Source: an uncultured virus (IMG/VR IMGVR_UViG_3300010051_000510) (lineage: Duplodnaviria > Heunggongvirae > Uroviricota > Caudoviricetes). Taken from it: a DNA stretch of 64,000 bases. Both the position numbers and the translations under genes were made by a program. Every line of letters begins with the position of its first letter. Within the stretch, counting starts at the first letter, position 1. Location of the stretch: IMG/VR virus record IMGVR_UViG_3300010051_000510. The stretch is one strand, 5' to 3'. Below are positions 48,157 through 58,517 of the stretch, piece by piece. The notes under the pieces were generated by a model that was not told where the DNA came from, made no database searches, and worked only from the letters and a program-made list of their open reading frames with translations.

Positions 48157-48843
48157 ATGACCGAGCTGACGCTCACCGAACGTGATCTGGCCGCGCTCAT
48201 CGCGATCGCCGACCACGACGCCGCCGAAGCCCGCCGGGTCGAGGACGCGCGCGAGAAAGGGATCACCTGGGCGAACCCGCGCCCGGCGGCCGCTCAGGAC
48301 GTCGCACGGCAAGCCGGTCTCGTCGGTGCTCGCCGGCTCGGCAACGGAGCGGTGAAAGGATCCTGGTCGGGGCGGATGTCCCCGGCGTTGCGGATCGCGC
48401 CGACGCTGCGCCGCCTCACCAAGGCCGGCCTCGTCGAAACTACCTACGACAGCGCCGATTACCGAAACGTCCACACGCTCACCCCGGCAGGGGTGATCGC
48501 CGCCGACGAGGCTCGCCTGACCCGCGACGCGATGAGCCGGCTCGTCGCCGACTACGTCCGCCAGACCATGCTCTGCTCGACCGCCTCGCACATGCAGAGC
48601 ATGCCCGCGTGGGCGGCGCTGATGGACGCCGGCCAGCAGGCCGTCCCCGCGCTCCTTCACGCGTTGGAGGCGGGGGAGGGCGGCATGGCGGTCATGCATG
48701 CGCTCGCCTCGATCACCGGCATCTGGCCGGACCTCGACGAGGTCAGCGAGCCGGTCGCCGACGGCGCCATGGTCGGCATTGACGTAACCGCAGCCGCCGC
48801 AGCGTGGGTGCGCTGGGGCCGCGAGCATCAGCTGATCCCCTGA
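48157..48843 (+). CDS. Winged-helix-like protein
   Basis: TLRRLTKAGLVET..HTLTPAG. Confidence 0.6.
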   Translation: MTELTLTERDLAALIAIADHDAAEARRVEDAREKGITWANPRPAAAQDVARQAGLVGARRLGNGAVKGSWSGRMSPALRIAPTLRRLTKAGLVETTYDSADYRNVHTLTPAGVIAADEARLTRDAMSRLVADYVRQTMLCSTASHMQSMPAWAALMDAGQQAVPALLHALEAGEGGMAVMHALASITGIWPDLDEVSEPVADGAMVGIDVTAAAAAWVRWGREHQLIP

Positions 48844-49769
48844 CCGGCGCCCTCGGTGGGATCATCCCCGAGGTATGAGGCTCCACGACACCCCCGCGCC
48901 CGCTCCCGCCGTCGCTGCCCACCGCTACGTGTGCGGCATCTGCGGCTGGTCGAAGGTGCTCGACCCCGGTCATAAGGCGGCGGTCGGCCCACTGTTCTGC
49001 CATGGCGCGCACCGCAGCCGGCCCCATCCGCGCGCGTTGATGCGTTACGCCGGCGACGCGCTCTGACTCACGCGCATGACAGCGACGTGTTCCTGCAGAT
49101 AGGTTGATCGCACGATGACCGCTACCACCGCCGATCGCAGCCGTCTTGACCGGCTCGGGCGCCCGCTCAGCTGCCAGGACAACGTTCGCCGCGACCCCGA
49201 CTGGATGCCCGGTCAGGTGACCGGGTTCAGCGCCGGCCGCGTCGAAGTGCTGTTCGCTGACGGCGTCGCCTCCCGCCCCTACGGCCACGAGCTGGTGCGC
49301 TGCGCATGAGCACCAACTTCGACAACGGCCGCGCCGAGAACGCCGGCATGAGCTTGCAGTCGGTGATCGCCCGCGCCGCCGATCAGGCCCGCCTGGAACA
49401 TCTGCATGAGCGCAGCGTCCGCGAAGGCTGGCCGCAGCCGGTGCAGGACACCTACGCCCGCGAGCTGCAATGGCGTCAGCTGACAGGAGCCGTCCATGCC
49501 TGACGAGACCAAGCAGCTGGCGGAGATCCCCTACCCGGCGGTCTTCCGCGACTGGCGTCCAGGCCTCAACGGCCGGGTCTCCACGACCCTCGCCCCGGGC
49601 GGCATCGGCGTGGACACGTTCCTGGGCCGGGGCACCTGGAAGCGGGTGGAGCTGACCGAGGAGGACGCCTGCCTGCTGGCCGCGTCCCTGCTGCAACGCG
49701 CCGGCCGCGACAAGCTCGCCCGTAAGGTGCTGCGCGCCGTCGCCAAGACCCGCGAAGCGAAGGCATCCG

Positions 49770-50180
49770 ATGAGTAACGCTCCGATCACGCCGGAAGGCT
49801 GGGAGCCTGTCTGCGGTCCCGTCCCGTCCGTTCCCACCGTGACGCTGCGCGACGACCGCCGCCGCCTGCTGGAAGGGTGCGTCACCGTCGGCAACCGCGT
49901 CCGCGCCGCCTGGCAGCAGTACAACTACTTCCTGGGGACCGGCACCATCGTCGGCTTCGAGCGGGAGACCGAAACCGGCTGGATCAAAGCGGTCATCGAC
50001 TTCGACTACCCGCGGGATCTCAGCATGAGCGACGACGGGTACTGCCGCTGGGACTGGGACCGGGTCATCCTCTGCACCGGCCACTGGGAAGGCGAGACCC
50101 AGGAGCAGAGCGTCGCCCGCTGGCGCGAAAGCCTCGCCGTCCGCCAGGCGAAGAACAAGACCGCGCTCAGCGGCGGATAA
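49770..50180 (+). CDS. Hypothetical protein, last of a run of overlapping small ORFs (49115-50180)
   Basis: Overlapping starts and stops with 49115, 49306 and 49496. Confidence 0.6.
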   Translation: MSNAPITPEGWEPVCGPVPSVPTVTLRDDRRRLLEGCVTVGNRVRAAWQQYNYFLGTGTIVGFERETETGWIKAVIDFDYPRDLSMSDDGYCRWDWDRVILCTGHWEGETQEQSVARWRESLAVRQAKNKTALSGG

Positions 50181-50189
50181 CATGCGACC

Positions 50190-50585
50190 ATGAGCAACCG
50201 CGATATCTCGTTCGGCCGGCGGGTGCGCCGTTGGTATGTCCGCCATCTCGACTTCGGCGATCCGATGCGCTACGTGCACGGCCTCAACCGCCCCTTCACG
50301 GTCTGCGACCGGGAAGGCTGCTGGTGTGAGCGCAAGCATGAAGCCGACTGCGCGCGCTGGGAAACCGACGACCTGAACTTCATCTGCACTTGCGGGCTGA
50401 CGGAAAGCCCCGCGCTGCCCAACCGCGGCCGCCCCTACAAGTACGCCTACCTCACCGACGAGGACCTCACCCGCGTCTGCCCCACCTGCGAGGCTGGGCC
50501 CGGTCGGCGTTGCGTCGGCTCCCGCGGACGCCGCTACCTGGGCAAGGTGCATATCGCCCGCTCGCCGGAGCCCGCCCATGTCTGA
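50190..50585 (+). CDS. Zinc-finger-like protein
   Basis: CPTCEAGPGRRC..H..R. GCGGA-TAACAT-6nt-ATG. Confidence 0.65.
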   Translation: MSNRDISFGRRVRRWYVRHLDFGDPMRYVHGLNRPFTVCDREGCWCERKHEADCARWETDDLNFICTCGLTESPALPNRGRPYKYAYLTDEDLTRVCPTCEAGPGRRCVGSRGRRYLGKVHIARSPEPAHV

Positions 50586-50892
50586 GAACCAGAAGTTCCG
50601 CTGCCCGGACAAGCTGTGCGGTTGGGAGAGCACGCAAAGGCCGACCACCTGGCCCTGCTGCCCCAACTGCCTGGTCTATGAGGACCGCCGCAAGCGGCTG
50701 ATCGAACCTGACAGCTACCCGTGCGATCACTGCGACGGCAGCGGCCGGGTCGCCGGCGACTGCAAAGTCGGCTACCAGCACGAGTACAACTGCGACTGCC
50801 CCGACGAGCTGTGCCAGAACTGCGAAGGTTCCGGGCGCATCCGCCGCCGCCCCGCCGAGACCAAGCCCAAGCCCGTCAAGGAGAAGCTGTGA
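50578..50892 (+). CDS. Cys-rich protein with DnaJ-type CxxCxGxG motifs
   Basis: CDHCDGSG, CQNCEGSG. Confidence 0.65.
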   Translation: MSENQKFRCPDKLCGWESTQRPTTWPCCPNCLVYEDRRKRLIEPDSYPCDHCDGSGRVAGDCKVGYQHEYNCDCPDELCQNCEGSGRIRRRPAETKPKPVKEKL

Positions 50893-51485
50893 CGACACGC
50901 GAAGCGATCAGCCGGGCGCAGATCGCCCTGCACGAGCAGAACGCCGACGCCAACCAGGACGTGATCGCGTTCTTCGACCAGCTCGCCAACACCCTCGGCT
51001 ACATCGAAGACGCCAAGCGCTACGTCGACCGCGTCCATGATGTCGTGGCGGCAGGAGCGCCCGAGGCGACGTAAGCTCCAGCCATGCGTCTCATCCTGAA
51101 CGTCAAGGAACCGCGGGGGCGCGGAGTCATCCGCAGCGCCAGCGGCCGAGCCGTTCATGTCGCCAAGCCGCTGGGGGAGGCGTACCTCAGCAAGGTCGGC
51201 TGCGGCGGCGTGATCGAACGCGCCTCCGAAGCGCGCCGGCGCGCCCTCAAAGACGGCCAGGCGGAGGGCTGACGTGGCTGAGTGCATCGTCGAGGTGCGC
51301 CGCGAGCAGCTGCGCGTCGCCGAGCAGATCTGGCATGTCGCCCGCCCCGGCGGCGACGATCAATGGCGAGGCATCGCCTGCAGCCCCGACGAGGGGATCG
51401 TCCTTCCTGGTCACGGCGTCGACCGCGACCCCACCTGCCCCGACTGCCTGACGCTGCTGACCGACCAGAACACGGGCCCTGCCGA

Positions 51486-51977
51486 GTGACCTCCAACGGC
51501 GCCGGGCTCGTCGACTTCATCACGGAGTCCAACCGCATCGAGCGGATCCACACGCCGGTCGCCATGGGCGAGCTGACCAGCTACAAGACACTCCTCGCGC
51601 GCGGCCATCTCACCACGGACGCTGTCTGCTCGTTCGTCGTTGCCGTCGCCGGCGGCCGGCTGCGCGACCAGCCGGGAATGGACGTCCGCATCGGCGATGA
51701 CCGCCCACCCGCCGGCGGGCCCGGGATCCGCCGGCAACTCGGCGTGCTGCTGGACGCGATGAACGAACAGGCGATCAGCCCCTGGGACGCCCACCTGGCC
51801 TACGTGCGGCTGCACCCGTTCACCGACGGCAACGGCCGCTCCGGCCGCGCCTTGTGGGCGTGGATGACCGTCCGCCGGGACGAGAACCCGTTCGAGCTGT
51901 CGTTTCTGCAGCGCTTCTACTACGACACCATCCACCACGCCCGCCCCGATGACGTTCGCCGACCCCGAGAAGGTTGA
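51486..51977 (+). CDS. Fic/Doc family protein
   Basis: ESNRIE and the intact motif HPFTDGNGRSGR. GTGA overlap start. Confidence 0.88.
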   Translation: MTSNGAGLVDFITESNRIERIHTPVAMGELTSYKTLLARGHLTTDAVCSFVVAVAGGRLRDQPGMDVRIGDDRPPAGGPGIRRQLGVLLDAMNEQAISPWDAHLAYVRLHPFTDGNGRSGRALWAWMTVRRDENPFELSFLQRFYYDTIHHARPDDVRRPREG

Positions 51978-52446
51978 CTTGACCCGCCACGCAGCGAAGA
52001 TCGCCGATCAGGTCAGCGCCGGCTGGCTGGCTTGGGAAGGCCGCTTCCACCTGCAAGGCATCCGAGGACGATGGATGATCAGCCCGTACGGGGACGGCCC
52101 CGACTGGCTGCAAGCCGCCGGCCTGTTCCACCAGTTCTTCGCGACCCGCCGCGAAGCGCTTCGGGCGTTGCGGGCGGCCGCTGCGGTCATCGCGCTGCCC
52201 GAACCGTCCGTCGCCGGCGCCCAAAGCCGCGCTGGCTGGGTCAGCGCGGACGGCCGCTGGAGGGTGCGCCGCCAAGCCCGGCGGTCTTGGCGCATCGAGC
52301 CAGCCGCACCCGACAACGCCTGGCTGGATTCCTGCGCCGCCGTCGGTCACATCCTCTATCCGACGCCCCAGCGGGCGATCAGCAGCCTCGCGCGAGTGAT
52401 CGAGGCGCACGACCCGGCCAGCGAGCCGACCCTGATCGCGGCCTGA
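51949..52446 (+). CDS. Paralog family A protein
   Basis: GRWMI..WLQAAGLFHQFFATRREALRAL..VSADGRWRVRR. Confidence 0.7.
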   Translation: MTFADPEKVDLTRHAAKIADQVSAGWLAWEGRFHLQGIRGRWMISPYGDGPDWLQAAGLFHQFFATRREALRALRAAAAVIALPEPSVAGAQSRAGWVSADGRWRVRRQARRSWRIEPAAPDNAWLDSCAAVGHILYPTPQRAISSLARVIEAHDPASEPTLIAA

Positions 52447-52638
52447 TCTCGCCCTTGCGGGCTAGCGCGAACGGGACGGGAACGCGGCGAACGGGATCAG
52501 CAGCAGCGCGTAGAGCAGCATCACACCCAGCATGCCAGCGGCTTATCCGCACTTCGGTGGCTGGCCGCGGCGAGGGTTCCAGGCGAGAGCGGCCCGAAAG
52601 GTTCCCGGATCGGGGCGGCTGATGCTTAGGGTTGGGTG

Positions 52639-53076
52639 ATGCGCAAGCAGCTGCTGGCAACGTTCGCGAAGCTGACCGAAAGCGATCAGCTGAGGGTGCT
52701 GATGCTGGCCATGGACGACTGGGCCGCCGAAGCCGACGAATCCACGCTGCGCCACCGGCTGCTGAACATGATCGAGGAGCTGGACCCGGAGGAGGTCGCC
52801 ACCGTCGCGCGCCGCCCGGACGCCTACACCCCCAAGGAGATCCGCCAGGCCGTCGAAGGGCTCGTCATCCTCGCCGACGAGGAGAAGGTCCGCCGGCTCG
52901 CCGCTCCGCTGGTCGCGTTGTGGGCCCGCCACGCGCACGCGGCCGGCACCAGCCGCCGCACCCTCGCCAGTGTGATGGACAGCCTCAGCACCGGCAGCGT
53001 GATGACTCTGCACCGGCTCACCGAGCATCTGTCTCAACCGGTGCAGATCCGCGGCCGCCGCGGGCAGCGGACCTGA
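52639..53076 (+). CDS. Hypothetical helical protein
   Basis: TAGGGT-6nt-ATG. Confidence 0.65.
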   Translation: MRKQLLATFAKLTESDQLRVLMLAMDDWAAEADESTLRHRLLNMIEELDPEEVATVARRPDAYTPKEIRQAVEGLVILADEEKVRRLAAPLVALWARHAHAAGTSRRTLASVMDSLSTGSVMTLHRLTEHLSQPVQIRGRRGQRT

Positions 53077-53080
53077 CAGG

Positions 53081-53623
53081 TCAGTCGAAGCTGGCGGCGA
53101 CGATCGCCGCCAAGGGCTTGTCGGCGATCATCAGCCGCGGCGGGTTGTCGCCCATGAACCCGGCCTGCTCGCCGGCGCGGAGCATCCCGATCAGCGGATC
53201 CCAGTAGCCGGCGACGTTGACCAGCACCACCGGCTTGGCTTGCAACCCCAGCTTGTTCCAGGTCAGGAACTCCAGCAGCTCGCTCATCGTCCCCAGCCCG
53301 CCGGGCAGCGCGAGGAACGCGTCCGCCATGTGAGCCATCCGCTGCTTGCGCTGCGCCAGATCGGCGGTCAGGTGAAGTTCGGTCAGCTGGGGATGCTCGC
53401 GGCCGTGGAAGGCGGGCATGTCGGGCATGACCCCGATCACCCGGCCGCCGGCGCGTAGGCAGGCGTCCGCTGCGGATCCCATCATGCCTTCCTGGGTGGC
53501 GCCGGTGATCATCGCGATGCGACGGGCGGCCAACGCCCGTCCGATCTCCCCGGCGCAAGCGGTCATCGCCGGGTCGCTGGCCGGCTCATGCCCAGCCAGC
53601 ACACATACATTCTTCAGTTTCAT
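53081..53623 (-). CDS. LOG family phosphoribohydrolase (TIGR00730-like)
   Basis: GMMG..GGRVIGVMP..RKQRM..ALPGGLGTMSEL..KPVVLVN..GYWDPL. Confidence 0.9.
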   Translation of the reverse strand: MKLKNVCVLAGHEPASDPAMTACAGEIGRALAARRIAMITGATQEGMMGSAADACLRAGGRVIGVMPDMPAFHGREHPQLTELHLTADLAQRKQRMAHMADAFLALPGGLGTMSELLEFLTWNKLGLQAKPVVLVNVAGYWDPLIGMLRAGEQAGFMGDNPPRLMIADKPLAAIVAASFD

Positions 53624-53684
53624 TTCATCGTGAACCTATGCTCGCGCCAGCCAGAAGCAGCAGACGCGAGCCGCAACCGCGGGT

Positions 53685-54680
53685 TCAGGCGCCGTGGCCG
53701 TGGAAGACGCTGGGGCTGGATGACAGCACCGGAAGCTGCGCCAGACCCTGCGGTTTCTTGGTGTTGCGCCCGACGACGAACATGCCGCAGGACGCTTTGA
53801 CGTCATGGCCGACACGCCCGACGATCTGCACCCGCACGCCCGGTAGGGCGCCGGCGAGCTGGCGGGCGCAGGCGCCCATCACCTGGTCGCTTGACGGCAC
53901 GCCCTGGCGTTCGCTGAACGGGTTGTAGCGGACCAGGTTGATGTCGCAGCGCAGGCCGTGCTGTGCGATCGCGTCGATCAGCGCTTGCATGTGGTCGGGC
54001 TGGTCGTTCTCGCCGGCGATCAACGCGAAATGGATGACCGGGATCTTCCGGGTCACCTTCGCGTACTGGGCGAGCATCCTCAGGCCTTGCTGGGCTGGCA
54101 GCGCTTTGGGCATCCAGCGTCGCCGCCAGCGCTCATCGAGGCTGTACAGCGAGTAGTAGATGTCCGGTGCGTGGCGAGGGAACAGCCAGGCGAGGTCCAG
54201 GCCGTCCAGTTCCCGGGGCATGATCGTCGACAGCTTGAACCGCGGCAGCAGCTTGCGCTGCTGCGCTTCACGGCCGAGCTGGTCGAGGAGGTCGCCGGAT
54301 TCGGTGAGGACGGTCTGGTTGGCGAACACTTCGCCTCGGGCCATGAAGTTGAAGTTCGCGGTGTGGGCGGCGGGCCCGCCGTCGCGGACGGTCGCGTCGT
54401 AATGGCGCAGCACCGTCTTGGCCTGGGTCAGGTACTCCTGGACGGTGACGTCGCGCCCGTCGGTCTGCCCGGACTGGGTCAGATGACAGAACCGGCACGC
54501 TTTCGCGCATCCGGTCTGCGAGGACAGATACACGATCACCTCATCGTCGTCGCGGCGCACGTAGCGCGCTTCGATCGCTCCCGGGTACTCGCCTCGGGTG
54601 ACGAAGTTGACGGAGTCGTCCATCTCTGATCGCAGAACGCCGGCTTCGGTGAGACGCGCCGGCAGATCGCCTTCTCGCAT
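53685..54680 (-). CDS. RlmN/Cfr-like radical SAM enzyme
   Basis: SSQTGCAKACRFC, FMARGE (vs MGMGE), GEND, NLVRYNP, ASCGM. Start is ATG 54680 after a purine-rich SD, or upstream at 54866/54869. Confidence 0.85.
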   Translation of the reverse strand: MREGDLPARLTEAGVLRSEMDDSVNFVTRGEYPGAIEARYVRRDDDEVIVYLSSQTGCAKACRFCHLTQSGQTDGRDVTVQEYLTQAKTVLRHYDATVRDGGPAAHTANFNFMARGEVFANQTVLTESGDLLDQLGREAQQRKLLPRFKLSTIMPRELDGLDLAWLFPRHAPDIYYSLYSLDERWRRRWMPKALPAQQGLRMLAQYAKVTRKIPVIHFALIAGENDQPDHMQALIDAIAQHGLRCDINLVRYNPFSERQGVPSSDQVMGACARQLAGALPGVRVQIVGRVGHDVKASCGMFVVGRNTKKPQGLAQLPVLSSSPSVFHGHGA

Positions 54681-54934
54681 GTGTGTTGCTCTCTTTCTGC
54701 AGCCCCTTTGGGACTGGTCGGTTGTTGGTAGCCCAGCTTGTCCTCTGGGGGCGGATGTGGGATCCATCGGACAACACCCCTCGGGTGCTGCGCTGGCGGG
54801 GATCCGGTCGCCGAGCGGTTGTCTTTTAGCGAGGCTGTCCTCCTCGGCCGGCGTGCCAGCCGGCATCACAAACGTACGCCGCGGCGGCCGTCACGACCAG
54901 GGGTTTCGCGGGGGACCGCTGATAGGATGCGCGC

Positions 54935-55393
54935 GTGGACGACGATTGCGATCAGCCGACGATCAGTCCGGTGACGTTGTCGCGTATCAGCGCCGGCAGC
55001 TATGCGATCAACGGCAGCTATTTCGAGATCACGCAGGACTCTGACGGGGACTGGTGGATCGGCGGGGGCAGCCCGGCCGAGTTCGACTGGGCCCAACGCG
55101 CCGGGATCACCAAGCAGAGCTTCCGCCGGCGTCGCGATGCCGTACGGGCGTTCGAGGCCAGCTGCGCGCTGGAGGCGCCACCGGTCATCCGCCGGCCGTC
55201 CCCGGCGAAGCTGATCCGCGACCAGCAGGGATATCGCACCCCAGAAGGCGACTGCGTGCTTCGCCGTCACGTAGAAGGCGGCTGGGAGTTGCGCTATGAC
55301 AGCCGGGCCACCCGCGGCTGGGCCCGCACCCTTCGCCAAGCAGCCAGGGCGATCACGACCAACCGCCGCCGCGCGCGAACCAGCGGGCTCTGA
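54935..55393 (+). CDS. Paralog family A protein
   Basis: WAQRAGITKQSFRRRRDAVRAFEA..GYRTPEG..TLRQAA. GCTGA-TAGGAT-6nt-GTG. Confidence 0.75.
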   Translation: MDDDCDQPTISPVTLSRISAGSYAINGSYFEITQDSDGDWWIGGGSPAEFDWAQRAGITKQSFRRRRDAVRAFEASCALEAPPVIRRPSPAKLIRDQQGYRTPEGDCVLRRHVEGGWELRYDSRATRGWARTLRQAARAITTNRRRARTSGL

Positions 55394-55645
55394 ACGACGA
55401 ACGCTCCGGTCAAGGCGTTCTCGCAAGCAGCCGCGAGGTTCATCCTGGTCGCCGGCCGCGGCGATGACCTGCTTCGTGCAAAGGCCCGGGCGCGCTCGAC
55501 GGCCGACAACGGCGACGCTCGAAGGGTGGCAAGCTGCGTTTCGACCCGGAGCGGCGTCGGCCGGGTCCTGACACAGGCTGTCGGTGACACGCAGAACCAA
55601 GCGGGCCGTTTGACCGGGCCGCCTGGCGTTCCTAGGATCCCGATC

Positions 55646-56026
55646 ATGCGCTTGCTCCGCTTGGTCGCCGTTCCGTGCGTCGTCGCGGGCCTCCTGCTCG
55701 CAGCCGCGAGTGCGTCAGCTCAGGAAGGTGCGGTGTTCGCCACCCCCGGCCAGGCGGCCTACTGCAACGACTACTCCGGCCAGCTGATCTGCTGGACGCC
55801 CAATGACGGTTTCACCGTGCACATGACCCCGCGCGGGCGGCCGGTGAAGTCCTACCGTGCCGGTCATCGCGGGTACATCGACCGCTACGCGAAAGTGCTG
55901 GGTTTCGGGCGGGCGGTGAAGCTCGGCCCGTACGTCTGCAACAGCACCCGTGACGGGCTGACCTGCACCAACAGCGCCGGACACGGCTGGTGGCTGGGCC
56001 GCTACGTCGGCTACCGCCTCTTCTGA
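55646..56026 (+). CDS. Secreted protein (DUF6636-like)
   Basis: Signal peptide. FATP..C..VLGFG..YVC..GLTCTN..GHG. TAGGAT-7nt-ATG. Confidence 0.7.
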   Translation: MRLLRLVAVPCVVAGLLLAAASASAQEGAVFATPGQAAYCNDYSGQLICWTPNDGFTVHMTPRGRPVKSYRAGHRGYIDRYAKVLGFGRAVKLGPYVCNSTRDGLTCTNSAGHGWWLGRYVGYRLF

Positions 56027-56067
56027 CGACCCATCGCCGCGCGCCGGTTCGCGGATACGTTGACCGT

Positions 56068-56424
56068 ATGGAACTGGACGTCTTCACGCCCGACCACTAC
56101 CGGCAGATCCTGCAGTCGCGCGCCGCGATGCCTCGCGCCGCCCGGAAGTTCGGCCTGACCGCCGAACAGGTCAAGACCATCCAGAACACCGCGCCGGGCT
56201 TCCGGGCGGTGTGGGACATCATCTACGAAGGCCGCACGCTCCAGGTCCGTCTCAACGAGATGATGGACGGTGAGGACAAGCACAGCCCGCAGGCGGGGGA
56301 GACCGGCCCGTTGCGGTCCGTCGCCTCCTGGGGTGAGAAGGTGCAGCTGTCCGTCGCGTGGCCGGGCGGCAGCCACCTGCAGGCGCTGTATCCCAGCGAC
56401 GACATCACGCTGCTGGCCGCCTGA
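56068..56424 (+). CDS. Hypothetical protein (HTH-like N-terminus)
   Basis: GCGGA-TACGTT-6nt-ATG. AARKFGLTAEQVKTI. Confidence 0.65.
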   Translation: MELDVFTPDHYRQILQSRAAMPRAARKFGLTAEQVKTIQNTAPGFRAVWDIIYEGRTLQVRLNEMMDGEDKHSPQAGETGPLRSVASWGEKVQLSVAWPGGSHLQALYPSDDITLLAA

Positions 56425-56425
56425 G

Positions 56426-56695
56426 CTACTCCTCGCTGACCCCGGCCGCCTCGCACTGATCGCACAGGACGTCCGCGGCCGGCGGCACATCCTGATCGTC
56501 GAGATAGGCGCCGCATCCGGGGTTGGTGCAATGCACCATCCACTCGCCGCTGCCCGGGGCGTCCGACAGGTAGCGGTACGGGTGAATCAGCGCGCCGGCG
56601 ACCGACGGGATCGACAGGCCGGCCACTGACGCCTCGGCGATCGCCTCCTCCGGCAACGCGTCGTAGGTCTCGGCGAGGTTGTACTGGTCGCTCAT
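56426..56695 (-). CDS. Small zinc-ribbon protein
   Basis: CTNPGC..CDQC. CATGAT-6nt-ATG. Confidence 0.6.
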   Translation of the reverse strand: MSDQYNLAETYDALPEEAIAEASVAGLSIPSVAGALIHPYRYLSDAPGSGEWMVHCTNPGCGAYLDDQDVPPAADVLCDQCEAAGVSEE

Positions 56696-56786
56696 GCGTC
56701 GATCATGCGCGACCCGCGGCACGCGCGCAACCCCCCGGCGCCGTTGCCCGCCGTCAGATCTTCGAGCCCGGGGATAGGTTGCTGTC

Positions 56787-57452
56787 ATGATGCTCTCGCC
56801 GACGCGTCCTCATCATCCGATGGTGACGACCAGGCACACGCAACGCTGGGTGACGACACCGGACGGCGTGCGCGTGGAGGTGGACGAGGGGATCGCCGAT
56901 CTGCTCATACAGCTGTGGCGTTGGGGGATTGCCACGAACTACTCATGCCAGAACGGAACCGACTGCGGCGACGCGTACATCCAGTTCGCCGGCGCGCCCA
57001 GTGCCCGCCGGTTCGTCCATCTCGCGCTCGCATGCTCCGTCGACGGCGTACGCGATGTGTCCTGCTACTTCAGCCCTCGTCTGCGGTCTCTCGGCCCGCC
57101 CAAACAGGTGGGCGACCTCGGGATCTGGCATGCCTGCGCGACCTGCCTGCCGTTCGCTGAGACCTACGAGGACCTGTCCCAGGACCGGGTATCGATCGAT
57201 TTCCCAGCCGGCGTGATCGAATCGCTCGCCCGGACGCTTGCGACAATGCCGGCCCCAGCACTCCCGAAACTGACCGCCCACGACCGAGCCCTCCTGGACG
57301 GCTTGGAGGCGGACTGGAACCAGCATCTCGCCGCCGACCGCGAAGCCCTCGCCGCTCAGCATCAGACGCGAGGTCTGCCGTCGTGGGATGAGATGTTCGC
57401 GGACTTCACCGTCCGGGTCGCCGCCGCGCGACGCAGCAGTGTCTCAGCCTGA
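56787..57452 (+). CDS. Hypothetical protein
   Basis: VDEGIADL..LWRWGIATNYSCQ..AYIQF. TAGGTT-6nt-ATG. Confidence 0.7.
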   Translation: MMLSPTRPHHPMVTTRHTQRWVTTPDGVRVEVDEGIADLLIQLWRWGIATNYSCQNGTDCGDAYIQFAGAPSARRFVHLALACSVDGVRDVSCYFSPRLRSLGPPKQVGDLGIWHACATCLPFAETYEDLSQDRVSIDFPAGVIESLARTLATMPAPALPKLTAHDRALLDGLEADWNQHLAADREALAAQHQTRGLPSWDEMFADFTVRVAAARRSSVSA

Positions 57453-57750
57453 CCTCCACCGGTTTCTTGCAGATGCACGGGACGGGGCGCGATACTGGCC
57501 GCATGGCATCTCTCACGCTCAGCGAGAATCAGCGTTGCGCGATCGGCGCGGCGGTCGTCGCGTTCGGCCACGGCCTGGATGAGCTACGCAACGCCGGCAT
57601 TCACGGTGACCTGGTCGAGGAGATGGAGATGCTCGTCGAGCGGCTCGTCCGCGTCGAAGCGTCCGCTGAAGACCGAGAAGCCGACCCGGCTTGACCGCCA
57701 GCACCACCCCCGCCGAGCCCGGTCGGGTCGGTAACGGATAACTTGGGGGT

Positions 57751-58344
57751 ATGGCCGCAGACCCGGACTTCGTGCGCGCGCGGATCCGCGACAGCGGCCG
57801 CTTCCTGTTTCATCTCTGCCGAGATGAGCACGCACGGCGGGAGATCCTGCGCGACGGGCTGATCCCCGCCGACGAGCGCGGCGCCGGCCGCTACGACGGC
57901 TGCCTGACCCCCAGACCCGGGCACGTGTATCTCTGCGCCCCGCAGGCGATGGAGGCGATCTGGTGTCAGGCCGACTGCGCCGGCACCGGCCTCCTGGACG
58001 CCCCGTGGGTCGCCGTCGATCTCACCCAGCTGAACCCGGCGCGGATCAACCCCGACGAGGACTGCTTCTTTGACTCGTTCATCGCCGACGACCCAGTGAT
58101 TGCTGACGCCCTCGAAGATCCCTTGGAGACAGTCCGCGACGACATCAGCATCCGCGACACGCACACCCGGGAGTTCCACGCCCGCCCATACGGTTCCTAC
58201 GGCGAATGGGCCCAAGCACAGAACCTCGGCAGCATCCCAGCCCACACCCACGCCGCGTGGCTGCAAGTCGGATCGCTGGCCCATCACGGCCGGATCGGCC
58301 CCGAAGCGCTGGGCGTCTGGACCCCGCAGGCGATCGCCGCGTAA
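57751..58344 (+). CDS. Possible ADP-ribosyltransferase-fold protein (Tpt1/KptA-like)
   Basis: LFH..EILRDGLIP..HVYLC..VAVD..IGPEAL. CGGA-TAACTT-6nt-ATG. Confidence 0.5.
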   Translation: MAADPDFVRARIRDSGRFLFHLCRDEHARREILRDGLIPADERGAGRYDGCLTPRPGHVYLCAPQAMEAIWCQADCAGTGLLDAPWVAVDLTQLNPARINPDEDCFFDSFIADDPVIADALEDPLETVRDDISIRDTHTREFHARPYGSYGEWAQAQNLGSIPAHTHAAWLQVGSLAHHGRIGPEALGVWTPQAIAA

Positions 58345-58517
58345 GCTCACCGCAGCCCGTTGATGCGCGCCACCGTCATCTCACCGACCGGATGCCCTCA
58401 CTGCCCTTCGGGGCGGCTGCGCCCGGTACATGTCACCGAGCATGCCGCCTGGGCGCGCTGCCGCTCCTGCCGGCGTGATGTCGTCACACGGCCCAACGTG
58501 ACGGATAAGGTGCGTGC

